The notes below the pieces were generated by a model, which had not been told where the DNA came from, ran no database searches, and saw only the letters and a list, made by a program, of their open reading frames with translations. Made by a program: the position numbers and the translations under genes. From Dimargaris cristalligena (taxonomy: Eukaryota): a DNA stretch of 32,780 bases. This document shows positions 23,768 through 32,780 of this stretch, in pieces. Positions within the stretch are counted from its first letter, which is position 1. Each line of letters opens with the position of its first letter. Location of the stretch: contig ML002417.1 of the NCBI GenBank assembly GCA_003614675.1, positions 1-32,780 on the forward strand, written 5' to 3'.

Positions 23768-25073
23768 CTTAACGAAGGAAATGCGGGTGGAAAAGCAGTC
23801 AAGGATGGAGGGAATCCGAGGTTGAGAAAGATGAAAGCAAAGGAAAGGCCAGTTGGGGCACGGTTGGGCAGTGCGTAGGTTGTCGGATCGTGTGAGAGGA
23901 GAAACAGAGGGACACACGTTGAGAGGTGGAGGAGGTTGCTCTCTCCCTCTACCTATTCCCCCATGCTGAGCCGGCGAGTGTGTATGCGCATACAGGAAGA
24001 GGGATATTATATGCACCCTTCCTTATCCTCCTAATCCTTCTTCGATCAATGAATACGCGCCTGCTAGTTGTAGTAGTAGCTCCATCATCATCCATGTATA
24101 TGCGATGGGTGTAATTGAGGTCAGCGGTGGAGGGGCCTTTCTACTACATATCCCATGGGTTGGGCCGATTTAGTGGCTCCCCCCTCCTCTCTTTTGACCT
24201 GTCCAGAATACATGTGAGAGATTAGGGGTTGTTGTTATTATATGTTCTTTGAAAAAAAAAAATCCCATCCCATCCGAACCGAGCTATACGATTCAGCCAT
24301 TGGTTCTCTTAGTTGGTTAACCAGCTGGTTGTTAGCCCTACACCCACGACGACACGACCTATCCACCAACTGGCTCTAACGTGTATCACATTGCCCCAAC
24401 CTCATCCGGCGGTTCTCTCCGAAAGATACAGAGATCCTCCCCCCACCCATTTTATCCATCCACGCCCTCCTTCCCTCGTTACATGGGAGGGTATTATCAT
24501 TACATTTCCCACTCCTTTAGGGCTCATTAACATAACAACACCATACCATGTCAATAAATAACACACAAGATAACCTATATTAAAAAACCTCTTATTTATT
24601 ATCTACCAGAAGCAACTTAAAGCTATACCCGAGTCCATTTCTACAGTCTCTACCGATCTAGATAGATAGAGGGGATTATTATTATTATAGAGATCGCATT
24701 AACAGTTAGTTGGGTTATTACATGTGAACTATTAGGATTTTATTTTGGAATGGTAAAAACCAAAAGTGAGTCGGATTTTGGAAGAAAATTAAAATTCATT
24801 GAGATGAAGAATGCAGGAAGAGTTAAGCCTCCATATCACATAGACACCCAAACAAACTGTGATAATTTTGTACAAGTACACCACCACCACGAGACATATA
24901 ATTGATTATCGGAAAAATGAGACAAGCCGTGCAAAGTGCAGAAAAAGACGGACATGGAAGGAAGGGAGATAGATAGAGAAGTAGATTGGTGGTTGTTGGG
25001 CAAGGTGATTACTATAGTAAAATCAGCCGGCTTCGGAAAGATATAATCTACCGCAGCAACAGCCCCAAGCTGC

Positions 25074-25094
25074 CTCTCTCTCTCTCTCTCTCTC
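25074..25094. repeat. (CT)n microsatellite in GIS2 3' region
   Basis: ~10 CT units. Confidence 0.85.
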
Positions 25095-25159
25095 CCATCA
25101 GACGAGCAGAAAATTAAAGCAGAGTTAAACAGCACGGATCGGAGAGCACTTCTCTCTAT

Positions 25160-25753
25160 TTACTGGGAGGGCTCGTTCTGGGGGCAGTGGGCCGAGATGT
25201 GACCCGACTCACCGCAGGTGTAGCAGGCCCGGTCGTTGGAGCGCTGGGGGCACTCACGGAAGAGATGACCGGTCTCGCCGCACTTGTTGCAGGCGGGGGG
25301 CTGGGAGCAGTTGGAGGCGATGTGGCCGATTTCCTTGCAGCGCCGGCACACGGTGTCGTCGGGGGTGGGGCAGTCAGCGGCGCGGTGACCGGACTTCTGG
25401 CAGTTGTGGCAGATGGGGGGGTTGGGGCAGTCACGGACCATGTGGCCCATTTCGTTACAGTTGTGGCAACGCACGGCACGGTTGGAAGGGCCGTTGCGGG
25501 AGAAGTTGCCGGGTCCACCACGGCTGTTGTTACCGCCCTGCGGGCAGTCGCGGGCAAAGTGGCCGGTCTGGCTGCAGTTGTGGCAACGGATACCACCGGC
25601 GTTGGAGGGGCGGCCGGCGTTCTCGCTGCGGGGAGCAGAGCAGTCGCGACCAATGTGGCCCTCACCACCGCAGTTGTAGCACTTGCGGCCTTGGGAGCAG
25701 TTGGCGGCGAAGTGGCCGGGGTTTCCGCAACGGTGGCAGTTGGAAGACGACAT
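25160..25753 (-). CDS. GIS2: CNBP/Gis2/Byr3-like CCHC zinc-knuckle nucleic-acid-binding protein (8 knuckles)
   Basis: Eight Cx2Cx4Hx4C motifs in 197 aa, a Gly/Arg linker (NSRGGPG), and strong C-ending codon bias. Confidence 0.9.
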   Translation of the reverse strand: MSSSNCHRCGNPGHFAANCSQGRKCYNCGGEGHIGRDCSAPRSENAGRPSNAGGIRCHNCSQTGHFARDCPQGGNNSRGGPGNFSRNGPSNRAVRCHNCNEMGHMVRDCPNPPICHNCQKSGHRAADCPTPDDTVCRRCKEIGHIASNCSQPPACNKCGETGHLFRECPQRSNDRACYTCGESGHISAHCPQNEPSQ

Positions 25754-27243
25754 GTTATGTAAAGGGAGATGGATTTGAGATCAACAAAGTTGAAGTGAGA
25801 GAAACGAGCAAAGGAAAGACCGGGGGAGAAATACACCACCAAAAAGACTGGAGAAATAGAGTGAGGGGAAGAAAGGTGAACTCGCTAACACTGGGGCTTG
25901 GATCAAGCTATTATAGTCCCAAACTGAGCAGAATGAGAAGGGAAGGGAATGGGGGTGTATGAAGAGATACACAGTGGGAGATTTTTTTTTCCTTCAACCA
26001 TTCTCCAACCCAGTTGGCGAAAAAAAAGCCCTATAGTAAGTAGGATCAGGCTGAGGTAACACACACAGGCAGGCGGCTCATACCCAACGACGCAGTGTGG
26101 TTGGTGCGGCGAAAGAGAGTCCTCACTGGTTTTTTTTTAGATTGGGCCATGAAAAAAAAACCAGTGAAAATATAGGGGGAAAAATCCATGGATGGGTGTG
26201 GTCAGCAATTGCATTAGAGAGTGTGATTGGAAGGGTTTTAAAGGATGGCTTTTGCTTAATGAGGGTCGCCCCCGTGGCCAGGCTGGATACTACATACTCT
26301 CCTCGTGGTCGCTTCATAGGCCATTGGAGAGTCTAGCTATAATACATACATATAATAGCCGTCGATACTCTTCCTCAATCAATTATTAACATTGTCTTAT
26401 CACCCATACCAACGAATAGATATTATTATATTATATAAATGCCAAGTTAAAGAAGGCAGTTTGAAGCGGTGGGCGGAGGGGATGGCGGAAATTACTAGCA
26501 GATAAGTCGGCTGGGATTCTCGTTTCCACCATCCCCAACCCTCATATAAATTTTTTTTCCAGGGAAGGGTGGCGGTGTAGTGAATATTATGTGGTAGGAG
26601 GCATTGGAGTACCACATAATTAGAGTGGCAATTTCATAGCAGATGTTTTAGTTGGAAAGATAGAGATGATGGAGACTGCTCTCCCTCCTCCCCTCTAATT
26701 TACCTTCTCTCCCATAGGCGGCGACGATCCCAAACCCAACCAACCCAACCTAACATTCTGCTCGACAGGGTGAGGGCGTGTATGGGACTATTTTCCGGTC
26801 CATTCCGGTAACAATATCCCATTGACCCGCATGGAATGGAAAGATTAGCCGCTGCGATTGGCGGAGACGGTCTTTCAGTAAGGCCTGTCATTCCTATCCA
26901 ACGGCCAGCTACAGCCCTGGTACCTTTCTCTCTCTCACCCTATTTCCCACTTGGGAAAGAGTGCGCCCATCAATGGTGCATACAATCACCACCACCACTC
27001 CTCCTCTCGCATTTTTTTCAGTGTATGCGTCCTCCTCCTCCTCCCCACCAACCTTCTTCACAGCTGCTGCTAACTTACCTGATCCAGCCCGCCCGGCCAA
27101 AAGGCATCCTTCCTTCTTTTCTGATCATCCCTTACTCGGATTTTATTTTCTCAACTCACCGACATTGTCGTTACTTGGCCTTTTTCTCGCCTCTACCGCT
27201 CTTTCTTCAAGTTCCCCCCTTCGTACTTGATAATCCACCCAAC

Positions 27244-28879
27244 ATGGCTGACGTTAGGTAAGCAACTCATCATCTCTTTAGTTATTGTGCTCTCCCTGTG
27301 CTGTACTATCTCTCTACTCGGTAGAAGGCCCCCTTTCCCGGGCAATCGTTTTGTACCTTGGATCTCTGCCTTGGGCAATCTCGTTTCACCTGTAGCCGGG
27401 GGTGTAACAGCCTTCTAACCCCATCTGTGTTTACTTCGAGTATTCGGTTCTCTAACCGCTCTCTTGCGCGGGTATATGCGCTGTCGTATTGTTTATAACA
27501 AACAATGCCGGCTATTGGTAGTTTCCAGTCCCCCCGGCTGATAAAGGGAAAGAGCCGCCCCCTTTTCCATCTGGGGCGGCCTATTCTTTGCCGCCATCAT
27601 CATTCACGGTCCTTACCTTTACTCTATTCACTGTATATTATCTGCGTATATATTACCCTTCCCACTCCAACCCACCAGTAACATCGCTGATACCCCGGCT
27701 GCCGCCGCCTCCACCGAGAACCCCGAAATCGTGACCAACTGGGAAGAAGTTGTCGACAACTTCGACTCCATGGGCCTCCGGGACGACCTTCTCCGCGGTA
27801 TCTACGCCTACGGTTTCGAGCGTCCCTCTGCCATTCAGCAGCGCGCCATCATGCCCGTCCTGAAGGGTCACGACGTCATTGCCCAGGCCCAGTCCGGTAC
27901 CGGTAAGACTGCCACCTTCTCCATCTCCATCCTGCAGAACTTGGACGTTTCCATCAACCAGTACCAGGCCCTCGTGCTTGCCCCCACCCGTGAGTTGGCC
28001 ATGCAAATCCAGAAGGTTGTCAGCGCCCTCGGTGACTTCATGAAGGTCGAGTGCCACCTGTGCATTGGTGGTACCAACGTCAACGAGGACATCCAAAAGT
28101 TCCAAAACGGTGGTCACATCATCGTCGGTACCCCCGGTCGTGTCCAGGACATGATCAACCGTCGTGCCATCAACACTGAGAAGATCAAGATGTTCGTCCT
28201 CGACGAAGCCGACGAGATGCTGTCCCGCGGTTTCAAGGACCAGATTTACCAGGTCTTCCAGTTCCTTCCCCCCCACATTCAGGTCGTGCTTCTCAGTGCT
28301 ACCATGCCCAACGATGTCCTCGACGTCACCTCCAAGTTCATGCGCAACCCCATCCGCATTCTCGTCAAGCGCGACGAACTGACCCTCGAAGGTATCCGTC
28401 AGTTCTACGTCGCCGTGGAGAAGGAGGAATGGAAGCTCGAGACTCTGTGCGATCTGTACGAGACCGTGGCCGTCACCCAGGCCGTTATTTTCTGCAACAC
28501 CCGCAGAAAGGTCAACTGGGTCACCGAGCAGCTCACTGCCCGTGACTTCACCGTCTCCGCCATGCACAGCGAGATGGAACAGGCCCAGCGTGAGGTCATC
28601 ATGAAGGAGTTCCGCTCCGGTTCCTCCCGTATTCTGATCACCACCGATCTGCTGGCCCGTGGTATCGATGTCCAGCAAGTGTCTCTGGTCATCAACTACG
28701 ATCTCCCCGCCAACAAGGAGAACTACCTCCACCGTATCGGTCGTGGTGGTCGTTTCGGTCGTAAGGGTGTGGCCATCAACTTCGTTGCCGCCGACGATAC
28801 CAACACTCTCCGCGAAATCGAACAGTTCTACAACACCCAGATTGATGAGATGCCCATGAACGTCGCCGATCTCATTTAA
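27244..28879 (+). CDS. TIF1: Translation initiation factor eIF4A (DEAD-box helicase); exons 27244-27257, 27679-28879
   Basis: Motifs [53 protein letters not shown], and C-terminus MPMNVADLI. The 14-nt first exon (MADV) joins in frame. Confidence 0.96.
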
Positions 28880-30498
28880 ATGTATCAACCCCCCTTGCGT
28901 GTGCCCGTTTCCTTATTCTCTCCACACCCCCAAAAATGCGGTGTCATTTAGATGTTCGCATGCCCTCCACCCCCTTATTTTCCACGCTTTTCTTTCTCTG
29001 TCTTTTTGAATACCTCTGGTTATCTAATTCAATTATTCATATCAAACTTGCTGGTTAGAAATGGTTCAATGAGTACTGACGGAGAACGAGCATCTATTAC
29101 GTATATAGTGCTCGGTGCTTACCCGATTATATGGTATTTGTGTTAGGAGAGGAGGAATACAATAGTGTGTGTTCATGCGCCAGGTTTTTGATAGCTCATT
29201 TGGACAATCTTTCACTCGTTGGATTTGGGGAGGGGGTGGAGCGGGCAGCCCACGTGTTGTGTTACTGGGGCAGAGACATTTCAACTTTTTTTTAAAAGGT
29301 TCTCGGTGCGTTACCAATAGCTTGGTTATTGAGTCGAGATAAGTGGTAGAATAATTAATTTAGGTGTATGCTTGGTCAATAAAGTCTCTTTACTGTATGT
29401 ATTTTGAGCTTTTGATACACTTTGGAATACCAAAAATGTTTTTTAAGGAGATTAAACCAACAATGCCTTGCAATCTCTTCGTTCAAGTATAATTTCGCGC
29501 TTGCCCTTTATTGCACATAGCGTTGGGTGGTATCTATGTATAGTATAGAGTCCCCCTCCTTAATAGCCCTATTGTCATTTTTGGGATCCCCTTTTGGTGA
29601 GTCCCATTGTTGGTCATTTACACAATGCTTGGCGCCCAGACAGCAGTATCAGCGGCGATGTTCATAGGGGGGCGGAATGCCGACAGTAGCTGGTCATATA
29701 GTATGGTCGATTTAAGGTCTTGTTGATAAGGGAAAAGGGGGTATAGTACATAGTAATGTGGTCAAAGAAGCCTTACTTAGGCGAGTGAGTATGTTCTGCG
29801 CAGTGAAGTTTAGACAGACCCATCGGGTGGGCAACTGCATCCCTCTCACTCCAAATTAAAGAGATTTAGTAGTATTACTCATGTAGGGGGGGGAGTTGTA
29901 ATGATATCTGCTATTGATGAGAGTCTCTTTTAAAGCCCCCTTTTAACGTGTTGGTTTATTTTAGGCACCAATAGGCCAATTCGGCCCTGTATTCTATTGT
30001 AACTGTGTCCCTCCCACTTGCTTGGTTGATTAGTCCACTCAATCTACTCCTACTTGCCTTTGTCTTTTACCCTGGTCCGGTTGTCACGATTTTCCTCTTC
30101 CATTGCCTACTCCTTACCGCGCCCCCCTTCCCGCCAGGTCTGGTACCCTAAAGTACCCCTTTCCTCCATCCCGCGGGACACGCCTTCAAAGTCTCGCTTA
30201 GTAACCGTCCCAATTCCAGTACCACCTAGTACATTTTAGTATCCCCTGCGAATTCCTCCGTATTCCCAAAAGACCCAGCAGTCCAGCCCCGCCTTATAAT
30301 ATCCCGCCGGCCCACCTCTTGCTACTCGCTGGTCACGCTTGGTCCTTGGCCTTCGGTTTTCACCCCCCCCCTTTCTCTCCGTCGCCTTTCCATTGTCGTT
30401 CTTTTCGCCTCTAGAGGGCATTCACCTCGTTGGTATATTTGCAGCTTGTTCACACCACCCCTTCCACTCCGCCGCCCGGCTTTCGGTGTCGTTTAACC

Positions 30499-31788
30499 AT
30501 GCCCACCAACCCACCCGGCCTGTCGTTTAGCTTCGGTCAGGGACCGCCCCGGGCGATTCTCAAGGTGGCCAGCGTGTTTCCCGTGATTCTCGGGATCGCC
30601 ATCATACTGTGGTCCTACTACGCCTTCGTTGGGCACCTGTGTCGCCTGCTGGTCCGCGACCACCTGAAGCAAAGTATCGGGTACTTGGTGGTCTACCATG
30701 GCCTATTTATCATGTTCGTGTGGTGTTACCTCCGGTGTATCATCACTAATCCGGGCAACCCCCGTTTCCGGGCCTCGGACTCCGAAGTGGACCCCGAGGT
30801 ACCCGGCCCCGAGGGAGAAGGAGAGGGCGAGGGCGAAAGTGAGAGCGAGCCGACGTACTCACCCCGTCGGGACGAGCCACGACGGATTAAACCGGACCCG
30901 GCGGAGGCGGTGGGCGAAGAAGGCCTGGTCCACTATCCGACCGGTTCGGATGCCACCATGACCCCGCCTTTAGTCAACAGCGCCAGTAGCTCGGCCGTCC
31001 ATCTACCCTTGACCGCGGGGTCGCCCCCACGGACGATGGCCCCTGTACCCCGCCTACTGTCGCCCGCTCTAACCGACTCACCGCGCCGTAGCTCGCCGAC
31101 CAGCGGGGGTTTGAGTGGCCCGGATTTCTATTGCATGTCCAGCACCGCTCCCCTGGCCCCCGTTACGGTCAAATTCAACGGCACGAAACGCTACTGCCGT
31201 AAATGCAACATGCCAAAACCGGATCGGGCCCACCACTGTAGCGTATGCCAGGTCTGTGTCCTCAAGATGGACCATCACTGTCCCTGGATCAATAACTGTG
31301 TGGGCCACGGTAATCACAAGGTTTTTATTTTGTTTCTGTTCTGGGGCTGCCTCTACTGCTGGTTTTGTTTCGCAGCTACTTTGCCCACCTTTATCGAGCT
31401 GCTCCTGAGTAAAGCCATGGACCGGGATCCCGACATTCATCTCCTGTTCCTTATGCTGGCCGCCGGTATCTTTGGCATTTCCCTGTCGGTCTTCATCGGC
31501 TTCCACACGTATCTCCTCATCCGCAACGTCACCACCATTGAAACGTACGAAAAGAACCGCTTCCACACGGAAATTCGCCCCGAAAGCCCCTTGGTGCGCT
31601 ACCATAATTTGTTCAATATGGGGGTCAACCACAATTTCCAGGACGTCATGGGCCCCCGCTGGCACTTGTGGATCTTCCCCATCATCAATAGCCGCGGCGA
31701 CGGCCATTCATTCCCCATCAATACCTACGTCTACGGCTCGTTTCCCCTAGAGGAGGGCCGTCCGGATTTTTCGACCAGTCCCGAATAA
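30499..31788 (+). CDS. PFA3: DHHC palmitoyltransferase, Pfa3/ZDHHC2-15-20-like, intronless
   Basis: [37 protein letters not shown], four TM segments, TTIE motif, FNMG...NF and GDGHSF. First ATG at 30499. Confidence 0.92.
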   Translation: MPTNPPGLSFSFGQGPPRAILKVASVFPVILGIAIILWSYYAFVGHLCRLLVRDHLKQSIGYLVVYHGLFIMFVWCYLRCIITNPGNPRFRASDSEVDPEVPGPEGEGEGEGESESEPTYSPRRDEPRRIKPDPAEAVGEEGLVHYPTGSDATMTPPLVNSASSSAVHLPLTAGSPPRTMAPVPRLLSPALTDSPRRSSPTSGGLSGPDFYCMSSTAPLAPVTVKFNGTKRYCRKCNMPKPDRAHHCSVCQVCVLKMDHHCPWINNCVGHGNHKVFILFLFWGCLYCWFCFAATLPTFIELLLSKAMDRDPDIHLLFLMLAAGIFGISLSVFIGFHTYLLIRNVTTIETYEKNRFHTEIRPESPLVRYHNLFNMGVNHNFQDVMGPRWHLWIFPIINSRGDGHSFPINTYVYGSFPLEEGRPDFSTSPE

Positions 31789-32780
31789 GTGCCAAAACAC
31801 CAAAAAAACAACAACAATAATAACAACGAACGTCAACCGCTGCGCACCATCTCATTTATAATCAAACCTCCTCTATTGGGAAGAGGAGGGTGATTGTTTT
31901 AATATTTCAGTTGGCATTGATAGTCCATGGACTGGATGAGCAACTGCACTTGGTTTACTACCCTTAATGATTACTTTTTGGACAACCCCAATGCCCCAAA
32001 TGGCGCTACTCATCTCTTTTTATGATTCAATCTTTTCAGCCCGTATCCGGCACCGTCTCCCCGTTAGTTTTTTGAAGTGAAACAAATGACTTCAATCCCT
32101 CAACTTTTTTAGTATATTTATTATTATTCATTTGACCGACCATCTTACCGTTCCTGTAAATTAATAGTTGCAAATAACTGTGGGTGTGAGCAGCTTTTTT
32201 TTAGTATATCTTTATTTAAATCCATTCCCGATCTACCCAATAAATGATAACGAGTTTATTATATATATATGGGTGAAATTCGATTAAACTATATAAAGTA
32301 AAGTCCATGTGGGTGGGCTGATGTATTCAAGTGACGTAAACGTGGCGAGACCCACACCATTTCACCCTTTACTATCCACTCATTGCTCACTTACATAAAC
32401 CACGGAAAACTGATTTACACAGTGGTACAGAGCCCAGATAAAGCAGAAGTGTATACCTGGTACTCAACCCTAGTGCCAACATAATAGAATTTTTAAATGT
32501 AACCCTATAGCTGTACCGGCCTCTGAATAAAACCAACTAAAGATATTGGTTTTTTTACTCAAATCTCTGTTAATTTTAACTAACAAGCTTGTCACCCGAG
32601 TTAACCACTCTTAGTCTGTCAGGAGTCTCGGGGGTAGGCTTCTAACAGTAGGCGGGGCATTGGACACGGCCAAGTGGGCTACTAGTGTTAGGGGTGGTGA
32701 CAAGACTAACCGAATAAAGCAAGCGTAGGACATAGGCGAGGTCCGTGCACTAGATGCACACTTACTGGTCAGCACTAGGG

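Noticed and set aside
25156-25842. 228-aa same-strand alternative-frame ORF and antisense ORFs over GIS2
   Set aside because: Ala/Thr/Pro-rich composition is what shifted frames of C-ending codons produce.
23115-27525. CCTGTAGCC and GGTAGTTT shared by the COX IV and eIF4A introns
   Set aside because: About one 9-mer match is expected by chance between sequences of these lengths.
27653-28888. 411-aa antisense ORF spanning eIF4A
   Set aside because: Codon-registered mirror of a gene with strong C-ending codon bias, which removes antisense stops; no recognisable motifs.

Overview
Gene-dense eukaryotic DNA with GT-AG introns and CTAAC-type branch points. Gene content and sequence style suggest an early-diverging fungus (inference). 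I reconstructed 11 protein-coding genes by hand: two tandem ABHD12/13-like alpha/beta hydrolases (the first cut by the window edge), an ACC-synthase-like PLP enzyme, an 8-exon divergent importin-alpha-like ARM protein, a SPATA20/YyaL (DUF255) protein, a 90-aa Cys-containing protein of unknown function, an 8-exon Hook dynein adaptor, cytochrome c oxidase subunit IV (yeast Cox5 family), a Gis2/CNBP-like protein with 8 zinc knuckles, eIF4A and a Pfa3-like DHHC palmitoyltransferase. I recognised no tRNA, rRNA, CRISPR or transposase. The most unusual non-coding signal is a predicted ~0.8 kb 5'-UTR intron of the COX IV gene. It is packed with hairpins and crossing long-range helices and has an internal AG|GT site, making it a candidate structured regulatory RNA or splicing switch. 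The eIF4A intron is similarly structured. All exon models and structures were derived by eye and need RNA-seq or covariation support.
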